Shown piece by piece: positions 15,355-27,296 of a DNA stretch of 64,000 nucleotides (its first letter is position 1; the number at the start of each line of letters is the position of its first letter). Origin of the DNA: Felis catus (Eukaryota); contig NC_058383.1 in NCBI RefSeq assembly GCF_018350175.1, positions 9,550,001 to 9,614,000 on the forward strand, given 5' to 3'. The notes beneath the pieces were generated by a model. The model ran no database searches and was not told the origin of the DNA. It saw nothing but the letters and a program-made list of their open reading frames with translations. The position numbers and the translations under genes are program-made.

Positions 15355-15965
15355 AATTGTGGTAAAATACGCTTAACCCTTACCATCTCGGCCATTTTTA
15401 AGTGCACAGTTTGGAGGGTGTTAAAAACATTCACACTGTTGTGCAGCCCTCACCACCCTCCGTCTCCAGACCTGAAAGTCTGTATTCAATGGAGCACTAA
15501 GCCCCCGTTCCCCGGCTCCATGCAGCCCCTGATAACCACCCTCTACCTTCTGTCTCCAGGATTTTGACTACTCTAGGGACCTCATAGAAGTGGAATCATA
15601 CAGTGTGTGTGTGTTTTGTGATTTGCTTATTTCACTGAGCCTCATGTCCTTGAGGCCCATCCATGTTGTAGCAGGTGTTAGAACGTCCTTCCTTTTTTAA
15701 GGGTACATGATAATTCCATTCTCTGTATATACTACATTTTCTCCGGGTCCAAGAGGACGGACACTTGGGTTTGCTTCCACCTTGTGGCTATCGTGAGTAA
15801 TGCAGCTAAGGACTAACGAAGAGCTGGTTCCACTTTATCTGCATCCTCGTCAATGCTTGCTATTTTCTGGGTTTTTTTTTTTTTTTTTTTTTTTTTTGGT
15901 GTTTTGTTTTGCTTTGTCTGTTTTGTTTTGTTTTGATAGTAGCCATCCTAAGGGGTGTGATGTGG
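15355..15965 (-). mobile_element. L1 3' end fragment
   Basis: gaagtggaatcatacagt...atccatgttgtagc...gatagtagccatcctaaggggtgtga. Confidence 0.75.
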
Positions 15966-16895
15966 TCATTTGTGTTGCTTTTAAGACCCTGAGTTTGTAG
16001 TAATTCAGTAATGTAGCAATTTCCTCTTATAGCGGCAACAGGAAATGAATGCATTCCCTCACTCACTACACTGGTTTTCCTTCTGTTTTTCAAAGAGGCC
16101 AAGGCCTTTCTCACCTCAGGGCCTTTGCACCTGCTCTTCCACTGCTGAAACGTTCTTCTCCTGGCTCCTAGTATGGTGGTTTCCTTGCTAGCCGTCAAGT
16201 CTCCAGCTCGGATGCTCCTTCGGAAGGGCCTTCCCCAGGTCCCAGATTCTCCCGGTTACTTCTTTGTTTGGTGTGCTTGCTGCTGTCCCAAACTATCTTG
16301 CCTATTCTCATCTTTCCTCCTCTGACTGTCACTGTCACTAGACTGTGAGGTCCCTGAAGGCAGAGACCTGCTCTATGGCGTGGTACCTGGAGTAGATCCT
16401 GGGACATAGTGGGTGCTCATACACAGTTAGTCCCTCCTCTGCACAGCTGGTGTCCTTGGGTGGGGAAGAAACGGTTGTTTGAGGAGCTGAGAACCAAGGA
16501 CCAGATGCCTCACTTTGCACAGCTGAGACAGCTCTGGGACCAGTGCTAACCACCCATCTTGGCGGGTTGGGGTGTCCTGGATTTGCCGCCCCCATCCCAG
16601 GGCACGTCTGCAAAAGGCACAGAACGATTTCCAGGGCTCCCTAGGGCTGGGGGCGGGGCAGGAGGCTGAGGAGCTGCACCAGGGGCGCGGGACATCAGGT
16701 CCCTGGGGGGACCTCCCAAGGGGTCCCAGCCTCTCAGCCCGAGCGCACGGAGTAGCGCAGCTCCTTGTTGCCCCGCACTTGCCTCTCTTGCCTCGTCGGT
16801 TGCTGGAGGATGGCCGAAGGGCAGAACGACGTGGGCGGCCAGTTCCCGACTTGAGCTTCGTTTCGCCGCCCTGGGGCCTCCGAGCCACGTCCTTA

Positions 16896-16981
16896 CTGCC
16901 CTCTGGTGGACAGCTCCGTGCAGGGCTCCTCTATGATGGAGAAAAGGCCCCGTCCCAAAGCAGAATGCTGCCACCTGCTGG
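16896..16981 (-). promoter_or_regulatory. Pair of tandem CTCF-type motifs
   Basis: Minus strand reads CCACCAGAGGGCAG (16896-16909) and CCAGCAGGTGGCAG (16968-16981), both fitting CCASYAGRKGGCRS, next to a locally CpG-rich patch. Confidence 0.7.
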
Positions 16982-19429
16982 CTGTCCCGGGAAGCGGCCC
17001 TCATCCAGACAGTTTAATCCCTTAAGAGTTGAGTAGTCCTGTTTAGGACCCAAATCTTGGATGGCAACACCCCAAGGTAAGGTAACTGCAGCCTTCCGTG
17101 GCACTCATTTGCCACACCATCTCTCCCCAGTTCTCTTGTTCCACATTCACAGGTTGGGGGCACCCAGCAGCAAGCCTGGTGCCTGAACACGCATCTCCCC
17201 TCCGCCCCCCTCCACCCCCCCCCCCCCCCGCCCCCGACTGAGGACGGAAACCCAGTTCCCTCCCACCCCCTTCTGGATGGCATCCCGGTTTCTACAGTGA
17301 TCTTCAGGATCTCCCCCAGCACTGGGCTTCAGTGCGTCATGGAATGTGAGGTGGGCAGGAGCCAAATTGTGGAAGCCCTCCCAGGCTGCGGGGGTGGGGT
17401 GGGGGTGGGGGGTGGTGATGAGATGTTATCTTGTGACCGCTGCAGTTTACAGGGGTTAAGCTGGGGCAGTCATGACCCATTCATGCTTTAGAAAGGTTGG
17501 GGAAATGAGCACTGTTCACATTGCTGAGAGGATTGAAACTTGGTACAATTTCTGGGGAAGGAAATTTCACAATATTTTGCAAAATGACGAACGGGCACAT
17601 CTTTGAAGCAGCAATTCCACCTCTAGTATTTTGAGCGACAGATGGAAAGTGGAAAATGTCTTATGCGTTGTGGTGTTGGCTGCAATGACAAAATGACTGG
17701 AGACATCCTGATGTACATTGCCATAGGAATTATTAATAAATTACGGTCTGGGGGCTCCTGGGTGGCTCAGTCGGTTGAGCTTCCAACGACTTTGGCTCAG
17801 GTCATGATCTCATGGTCTGTGAGTTGGAGCCCCGCATCGGGCTCTGTGCTGACAGCTCGGAGCCTGGAGACTAGATGTCAGATTCTGTGTCTCCCTCTCT
17901 CTCTCTGCCCCTCCCCCACTTGCGCTCTGTTTCTCTCTCTCAAAAATAAATAAAAACAAAACATTTAATTTTTTTAAATTTTATCAGTGATTTTTTTTTA
18001 ATTAAAAAATTTTTTTTGGGTGGGGGGCGCCTGGGTGGCTCAGTTGGTTGAGCGTCGGACTTCAGCTCAGGTCATGATCTCACACTCTGTGAGTTCAAGC
18101 CCCGCGTCGGGCCCTGTGCTGACGGCTCAGAGCCTGGAGCCCGCTTTGGATTCTGTGTCTCCCTCTCTCTCTGCCCCTCCCCTGTTCATGCTCTGTCTCT
18201 CTCTGTCTCAAAAATAAATAAACATTAAAAAAATAAATAAATTACGGTCTGGCCCTTCAAAGGAATACTCCATACAGTCCTAAAAACAAAATGTAACAAA
18301 AAACCGAGGAAGCTGTATATCAATATGGAATGATATCTAAAATATTTTGCAGTGTGGGAGGAGCAAGGTTAATGATTGGAGATAGTGCGCTACCATAAAG
18401 ATGCTGGGGGATAAAAATTCATTTTTTTCAATGCTAAATCATCACGGCGGTTTCAAACCCCCCAGGGTTGGCTGAGGCCCCCACTGAGACAGCATGACAC
18501 CCTAGTTTTCCTCCACAATCGTGCTTCCTTCCTTTCCCTAAGTGCTGATCCCAAGAGCACTCCGCCGATAAATATTAATCTTTAGCTCAGAATGTGCTTC
18601 CTGGAGAGCCCAAACCTGTAACAGCACCAATTGAATTTTACTGGAGGTCCCCAGTTTTCCAACGTGGCTCTCTTATTTGATACTCCTGCCAGCAGTAACT
18701 AAGAGTTCCAACTGCTTTCCGTCTTTGTCAACGTGGGTGTGCATTCATTTTAGTGTTAATTTATCTCTCCACGATGACTAGGGGCAGTGAGCATCTTCTC
18801 AAGAGCTTGTTGGCCATTCTGTGGAATGCTTGAATACACATAAAATATTTAAAAGGGGAGGGGGGAGGGACTCCTGGGTGGCTCAGTGGGTTGAGTGTCC
18901 AACTTGTCATCTTGACTCAGGTCATGATCTCGTGGTTAGTGAGTTTGAGCCCCACATCAGTCTCTGCGCTGACAGTGTGGAGCCTGCTTGGAATTCTCTC
19001 TCTCCCCCAAAGTAAAGAAACTGAAAACAATAAAAACGGGAAAAAAGGAGATGACTTTGGTTACTGTGTGGCAGGGACAAGAGTAAAAATAGGGGGTCCC
19101 ATCAGTAGGTAGCGCAGTGTTCTAGAGAAAGATGACAATGGTCAGACACACGTGGTAACAGTGGAGACGGAGAGAGGAGGATGGGTTTGGAGTATAGTGT
19201 GGAGGCAGAGCCCATTGGATGATTGACAGAGTGGGTTTGCAGAGTGAGAGAAAGGGAGAGATCAAGGGGGAGAATCCTTCAAGGTGCCCCTTGAAGATCT
19301 GGGGACAAGGAAGGGGAGAGCAACATGAGGGGAGTGGAAGAAATCATTCTGGAGGAGAGGAAGGATCAGGAGACCCTGAAAGGGCAGGGAAGGCGTTGGG
19401 GGCAAGGGGGCAGGATGGATGAAGAACGA

Positions 19430-21350
19430 GTCTGGACAAAGTTATAGTAATCGAAACGGTGTGGTACTGGCCTAAGGACAGGCATGTGGACGATGGAATA
19501 GAATAGAGAGCCCAGAAATAAACCCTCACATACGTGGCCAGTGGATTTTCAACAAGGGTGCCAAGACCCATGGGCAACTTTCCCTGATGGAAGGATAATC
19601 TTTTTGACAAACGGTGCTGGGAAAACTGGATATCCACACGCAGAAGAGTGACGTCAGATCCTCATCTTGTACAAAAAAAAAAAAAAAGATTTACAAAAGT
19701 GAACTCAAAATGGATCAAAACCCTAAAACTATAAAACTCTTAGAAGAAAACATGGCGGGGGGGGGGGGAATCTTTATGACTTTGAATTTGGCAATGATTT
19801 CTTGGATGTGACACCAAAAGCACAGGCAATAAAATAAAAAAGAGATACACTGAACTTCATCAAAACGAAAAACTTGTGCATCAAAGGACCCTACGAAGAG
19901 GATGGAACGGGAGAAAACTCTTTGAAGAAAATACACGTGTAAATCTTTGTGACTTTTGATTAGATATGGGTTTCTTAGTTTTGACACCAAAAGTACAAAC
20001 AACCAGGGGCGCCTGGGTGGCGCAGTCGGTTAAGCGTCCGACTTCAGCCAGGTCACGATCTCGCGGTCCGTGAGTTCGAGCCCCGCGTCAGGCTCTGGGC
20101 TGATGGCTCAGAGCCTGGAACCTGTTTCCGATTCTGTGTCTCCCTCTCTCTCTGCCCCTCCCCCATTCATGCTCTGTCTCTCTCTGTCCCAAAAATAAAC
20201 GTTGAAAAAAAAATTTTAAAAAGTACAAACAACCAAAGAAAAATATAGACAAGGCGAACATCACTGAAATTAAGAACATTTGTGTGTCAGAGGACATCAT
20301 CCAGAAAGTGAAATGATACAATGGTAGAAATGTTTATAAATCACAAATCTGGTAAGGGTCTAGGATCCAGAATATATAAAGAACTGTCATCATTCAACAA
20401 CAAAAGGGCAACCCAACTGAAAAACTGGGCAAGGGATTTGACTGAACACTTCTCCAGAATAAACCCAGGCTCAACATTATTAATCATTTAGGAAATGCAA
20501 ATCAAAACTGTATTGAGATACCTCTTCATACTCAGTAGGATTTCTAAATTGAAAGGAGGCAGGGAGGGGGAGAGGAAGGGAAGAAGGGAGGAAGGAAGGG
20601 AGGAAAAAATGACAGAGTTAGTGAGGGTGTGAAGAAGCTAGAACCCTCATACACTGCTGTGGAGAATGTAAAATGGTGACATTACTATAAAACAATGGCA
20701 GTTTTTCAAAAAGTTATTCATAGAGTTATCAGATGGTTCAGCAATTCAAATCCTATGAATATACCCAAGGGAAGAGAAGGCAGCTGTTCAAACAAAAATG
20801 TATGCAGGAATGTGCATAGCAATGTTATTCATAATTAGCCCCCAAGGGGAAACAACCCAAATATCCATCAACTGATGAATGGACAGATAAAATGTGGTAC
20901 GTACATACAGAGAAATATTTGGCTGTAAAAAAGAATGATGTGCTGGGCCACTTGGGTGACTCAGTCGGTTAAGTGACCGACTTCCAGCATCGGGCTCTGG
21001 GCTGACAGCTCAGAGCCTGGAGCCTGCTTCAGATTCTGTGTCTCCCTCTCTCTCCGCCCCTCCCCTGCTCGCGCTCTGTCTCTCTCTCTCGAAAACAGGT
21101 AGACATTAAAAAAAAAAAAAGAATGATGTACTGACACATGCTACAACACACATGAACCTCGAAAACATGTGCACTGAAAGAAACCACTCCAACAGGACCA
21201 CAGATCACATGGTTCTGTTTGTATGAAACGCCCAGTGTAAGCAAATCCACAGAGATAGAAAATACATTAGTGGCCACCAAGTTGTGGGGGGAAAGGGGAA
21301 TGGGGAAGGAGTGCTGATGGGTATGGTGTCTTTTTGGGGGGTGGTAAAAA
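19430..21350 (+). mobile_element. L1 ORF2 3' portion and 3' UTR, interrupted by SINEs
   Basis: aatagagagcccagaaataaaccctcac, ttttcaacaagggtgccaag, atatccatcaactgatgaatggac. Confidence 0.85.
20006..20218 (+). mobile_element. Young feline-type Can-SINE inserted in L1
   Basis: Perfect 17-bp TSD aaaagtacaaacaacca (19989-20005 / 20219-20235). Confidence 0.93.
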
Positions 21351-22549
21351 CGTTCTAGGGGCGCCTGCATGGCTCTGTTGCCTCAGGTCCGACTTTGGCT
21401 CAGGTTATGATCTCATGGTTCATGAATTCGAGCCCCACATCGGGCTCTTTGCTGACAGCTCAAAACCTGGAGCCTGCTTCAGATTCTGTGTCTCCCTCTC
21501 TCTCTCTGGCCCTCCCACACTCGCGCTCTGTCTCTCAAAAAAATGAACAAATATTAAAAAAAGAAAGAAAGAAAGAAAGATGACAGCAGCTGTCTGGTAG
21601 AGGAGTCCCGGGTAGAAAGGACCAGGGAGACTCCTTTCTTTTTTTCATTTTTTCTTAATGTTCATTTATTTTTTGAGGGAGAGAGACAGAGCGTGAGCAG
21701 GGAAGGGGCAGAAAGAGGGAGACACAGAATCCGAGGCAGGCTCCAGGCTCCGAGCTGTCAGCACGGAGCCCAATGTGGGGTCAAACCCATGAAGGGTGAG
21801 ATCATGACCTGAGCCCAAGTCGGACACCTAACCTACTCAGCCACCCAGGCGCCCTGACCAGAGAGACTCCTGATTCAGTGCATAAAGGTCAGCCTACTCC
21901 ACAGAGAATGATGGAGAAGGGTGGAGGGTGTGTCTGGAGGATGGAAAAGATCCCACCTACTCTGTTATAACCACCACTGTTTTTACCCTAAGTTACACCA
22001 TGGCTAACAGTCAGACGTCCTTCATAGGAGTTTATTCCTAGAGTTTGTGATGGAGCAGTGGGGGAGGGGGGGTGGAGTGCATCAGCTTTTGAATCAGAAC
22101 ACCCGAATTCAAGGGGCTAGTGAGATTTCCCTCCCAAATCTGTGAAGAGGGACAAACAAGTTAATATTTGTGGAAGTTGTATAAAGTAGTATACAAAAAT
22201 AATTGACTATAATTACTTCCTACCTCTGTGTGTCCCTCCTCAGGACCGCCAGCCATCCCAGACTCTGCATTCCCTAGGCTTCTCTCTGCCTCTTCCTGGC
22301 ATCCCCGCCCCAGCAATTCCCACTGTGTTGTCTTCATTTGGGCCACCGTTATCTCTAGGGGCTTCCCAGGTGGCCTCCCTGCCTTTGGCTGTGTCCTGGA
22401 AGGGAACAGAAAGGACGCAGACATTGGAGCCAAGTCCGTGATGGCTTGAATCCACAGCTGGGGATTTGGTTTAATCCTTTTAGCTTTAATGTTCTCAGCT
22501 GTAGAATGCGCACAGTAAGGCTCCCCTCAAAACATTACAAGCAATGTAT

Positions 22550-23350
22550 GTAAGACACCTGGCGAGACAAGCGAGCAATGAATTATAGCCATTATTACTG
22601 ACCCCACCCCACGCACCCCACCGGCGCCAGATCAATCTCTCCAAAAAACAGGTCCGGCTCAGAATCCAGCCGTGGCCGCTCATCGGCAGGAAAGGGAAGT
22701 ACAAACTCCTCGCTTGGGAAGTGTGGACCTAAAGGAGAAATCCGAGAGACTGCCTATCACACAGGCCAAGGCATCAAGACTGGCTGGAGGCATCCGGGAC
22801 GCGAGTAAGCCGGGGAAATGACAGAGGCCAATCTGATCGCGCAGGGAGAGATTCAGACCTTGGAGAAACAAGCAAACTAAGGAGAGAAGAGGATGCAGAA
22901 CGGTGACGTGGTGTGTGCATTCTTCTGGCAACCGGAGTGAGGAAAGCCGAGCACACGGAGCGAACCGGAAAAAAAAGGAAAGATGGACCCAGGGCCCGCC
23001 ACCCCGGGTTGCCCTGGCAACAGACTCCGCCCCCACCGCGCCCCACCAGAGTCCTAGGGGATCGACACGGGGGCGCCTTCCCCTTTTCTCCCGCTTCCCT
23101 ACGGATTTGCGGGGGAGGGGGTGCGGGGGGGAGAACTGGGGGAAGGGTTTGTGCTGCAGACCCGCCTCCAGGCTACGCAGCTGGCCGAAAATCCTGGAAT
23201 TGCACGTCGGTGACGCCGGCCTCTTTAGTCTCTCGCCTTTGCTACCAGGAAGGAATCACATTCCTGTGAAAGGCAAAGGGGGGGAGCGGGGAGGGGCGGG
23301 GAAGGGGCTGCGTGGACCCCCTGGCACTGGCCCGGGATCCTGCAATCTCA
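22550..23350. promoter_or_regulatory. Orphan CpG-rich promoter/enhancer-like element
   Basis: CpG-dense non-repeat sequence with X-box GTTGCCCTGGCAAC 23008-23021, GC box 23025-23034, TGACGT 22904-22909, CCAAT 22828-22832 and CCGGAA 22965-22970. Confidence 0.7.
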
Positions 23351-26300
23351 TGGGCCTGGGCTGCCATCTCCTTCCTCGCCTGTAAAATGGGCCCAATAAG
23401 CCCGTCAACCCATTTTTACAGATTCTGTGGTTTCCTGAAAATGGCCTCCCTGGGGAGTGGGAATAGGGGCAAGGGTCCGTGGCAGTTAACAAAGAGAAGA
23501 CTTCTATGAAGTCAGCAGCTACAAATGTGAGTACATAGAAGCACATAGAAAATACTCCTCCGGTCTTCAGCTTTTCGCCCAAATCACAAATTCCTCTTCC
23601 CGAAGCACCCCGCAATGCCTCTTAAGTGAAATCTATCCCCCCTTCCCTGGACTTGGGGAGCATTCGGCTGCCCACTTGGGACTTGGGCGAGTGACTGGTC
23701 TTCCCTGGGCTCAGTTTCCTCATCTGAAAGATACCTACTCCCCAAGGGTTTTTTCCCCCCTGCCCTTGTTTCTTTCCAAGTGGCGGGAGCTTTTTAGCAT
23801 GGCCCTCCTGACTTTCCTCTGTCTGTTCACTTAATTCTGGTTCAGGGAAGTTGGAATAACTTATTTGCCTGGAAGGTTTGTGAGGCTCCCCCCCCCCCCG
23901 CCCCCTTTGCCTTTGCTTGAGAACTTGTTTCTTCCCTTGGAGCGTGTTCTCCGCTCCCCCATGAGCAGGGTCGCCCCTACAGGCCTGCCCCTTCCAGCAA
24001 AGCAACGGCTGGGCAGTAAGGTTCCGAGTCTGGCCTTTTCTATCCACAGTCCCTTGTCGGCTCTCATGCCAAGCTGCGGTCCTCAATCTAGCCTATGTTG
24101 GTAACAAAGGAATCATTTTGATTGTCTATGGGTTGGCTCAGCTGTCCCGTGCCCTAGTTCAGAACTCAGGGGAGAAAGAGGGTTCTGTTTATTGGCCTTG
24201 TGGTAGATGGTGTTATTGGTCCAAATATTCAGTTCTTCCCTGTGAGAAGATGATTCCCTCCACCGCCAACAAAGCCCGCCTTGATTATTTATTTATTTAT
24301 CTAATTTTTTTTTAATGTTTATTTTTTGAGAGAGAGAGAGAGAGAGCACAAGCAGAGGAGAGGCAGAGAGAGGGAGACACAGAATCCGAGCTGTCAGCAC
24401 AGAGCCCGAGGTAGGGCCCGAACTCATGAACCGTGAGATCATGACCTGAGCTGAAGTCAGAGGCTTAAACGACTGAGCCACCCAGGCGCCCCTTGGTCAT
24501 TTATTTAATATGGCTAACAAACCGCGTGAGTAGGAGTCACATGGGCCACTTCCCAGAAGAAGTCCTAAGAGCCGGTGTTCTTGCACCATTGTTCTCTGTC
24601 CTCCTTCTCTGTCTTGAGCCTTGCTTGTTGTCCCAGATACGAGCTGCTCTGCCAGCCTGGGACATGTGAGCACAGCTGGGACTGATGCTAGAATACATGT
24701 AAAGTGAGCAAGAAATCAACCTTTACCTTCTTCTGTAGGCTACTGAGATTGAGGGGCAGCCGTGGTAACATAATAGTGAATACTGACCTACACAAACATC
24801 AGTGCCTGAAGTCAGTACAAAAATCTAAACGTAAGAGGCATTGGCATGGTCCGGATGGAGGACCGTGAGGGCGCTGTCACTCACGATTGGGAAAGTGGCA
24901 GTCCTGTTGTGCAATGGCAAAACCTTCGTTAAAATTCTCATCTGAGACAACTTGGTAGGGAGATAATCCGGCTAGTAAGGTTTGGGCTTTCGATACAGAA
25001 ATGGGAAAACAGAGTTTTGGTCGCATGGGGTGCTGGCGGTTGGTTGCCCTTGAAAAAAAAAATCATGAAGCCAACTAAATATTTTTGCAAGCTATAGCGC
25101 CAAAAGAGCCATTAATCTGAACTAGAAGAAACAGCGACTAGTTCAACACTTGAAGCAACTTTTGGGTCTCCCAACGTTTTACAGGCAGGGAGCTAGATGA
25201 GAAAGCAGCTCAGCCTTCATGGGGAACACATAGTCCATTGTCGGGACATGGACTGACATTGTCTGGACATGAACACATAGTCCAATGGCCAACACATGGC
25301 CATTGGGTGTAATGCTGTAGAGTGGACCCACACGCCACCGGGAATCGCTGGGGCGAGCTAAGTAATTTCCCCCAATCCCGGGTAGGCAGCCTTTCATCTT
25401 TCCCTTACCTGAGACTGTTGGATGGGGTTAACCTTTTCCGGTTCTCCTATTGTGTGTGGGTAACTATCGGGGAGGGGGCGGGTGTCTGGAAGTCGAAGCA
25501 TTTCCCCCTACTCGCTGGTAGAGACCTTTTGCAAGGTATCCCCGGGGGAGGGCGGGGTTTAGAAGTACTTACTAAAATACGTGATCATTAAATTAAAGGT
25601 CACCTTCTTTAGCATTACATCAGCAACATTAGCAACTGGAGGGCAACTATCCTTCCATTCTTATGGCCCAGTGCTGGCAAGAGTTCCGTGTTTCTCAATG
25701 ATTGACAGGTCTTCAAGCAACACATATCTACCTCCACAGTCACTTTCTGAGATGTTGCCAATTGCTCTCTGTGTTTCATGACTTCCAGAGAAACAAAAAT
25801 CCTTCAGTACTGACGGGCCCCCAACCGCAACTTCTTCTGCACATTTGGACCCAACTTCCTCTGCCCCCTTCCCAGCTGCAGCCAAATTTCTCAACACACC
25901 CGTATAAACACAGATGCCCTCACCTCAATCCCTGCACAGCACCCCAGACCAAAATGTTCTCTTCTTGCGGGAGGTCAGCTCAGTGGTAAACCTCAACTCC
26001 GCTGACAGCATAAGCTTAGATCAATCTCTTTCTTGCTAAAGATTTGACAATTATTTTTCCTGGCTAGAATCCATCTTTATTTCACAGGAAGTATGGAGTC
26101 TCACTCTGACTCACAAGTAGACGTTCAAAAATAAGAAAAGGCCATCCTCTCTATACAGAAGGGCTGGGAGAAAATGCGCAACCCCGACAGAGGGCAGAGC
26201 TTGGCCAACAGAGGGCAGAGTGTTCTTTGGAACCCTATCAAATTGGTCTCTTCCCTTTCAAAGGATGGCCACCCGGGTATTTACGGACGACAATGACGAC

Positions 26301-26823
26301 TCCCCTAAGTCTCCTCTTCTTCAGGTTAAATATCCCCATGGTTTTCATGTATCTTTTTTTTTTTAAGTTTATTTATTTATTTTGAGAGAGGGAGGGAGAG
26401 AGAGAGAGAATCCCAAGCAGGCTGGGCGCTGACAGACAATGTGGGGCTCGATCTCACAAATCGTGCGATCATGACATGAGCTGAAGTGAAGGGTCAGACG
26501 CTTAACTGACTGAGCCACCCAGGCGCCCCTGATGTATCTTTAAAAGAGAGAAAGAGGGGCGCCTGGGTGGCTCAGTCGGTTAAGCGTCCGACTTCAGCTC
26601 AGGTCACGATCTCACAGTCTGTGAGTTCGAGCCCCGCGTCGGGCTCTGGGCTGATGATGGCCCAGAGCCTGGAGCCTGCTTCCGATTCTGTGTCTCCCTC
26701 TCTCTCTGACCCTCCCCCGTTCATGCTCTGCCTCTCTCTGTCTCAAAAATAAATAAACGTTAAAAAAAATTTTTTTTAAGAGAGAAAGAGGTGTTTCATC
26801 AGATGGAAAGTGCCACACGCACA

Positions 26824-26855
<32 letters not shown>

Positions 26856-27265
26856 AGTTATTTCATTGCGTGGATTCCAAATTCAATCTCCATCCTGGAC
26901 ACTGTGCTCTGAACACATCCACATCCATTTACACAGAAGACAACCCCAAATATAGGCAAGGCTTCACACACTGAATTATTCATCACAGCATTGTTTGTAA
27001 TGGCAGAAAGAATCACAAAATTGTCTCCAGTGTTAGTAAAATGGGTGTGTGTTTACAGCCCAGGATGATATAACTGCACACAATATTATGCTGCAGTTTA
27101 AATTTGTGTTTGGGGCGCCTGGGTGGCTCAGTCGGTTGGGCATCTGACTCTTGATTTTGGCTCAGGTCGTGATCTCGTGGTTGGAGGATCGAGCCCCGCG
27201 TTGGGCTCTGTACTGAGTGTGGAGCCTGCTTGGGATTCTCTTCCTTTCTCTGCCTCTGCCTTGTG

Positions 27266-27296
<31 letters not shown>

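Noticed and set aside
16735..16770. Minus-strand peptide GNKELRYSVRS resembling the Stealth/GNPTAB motif NEELRYSLRS
   Set aside because: A stop follows within two codons and the flanks show no similarity; most likely chance.
25683..25720. Short similarity to 53364-53400 (tgtttctcaa-gattg)
   Set aside because: Only about 35 bp and does not extend; probably coincidental.
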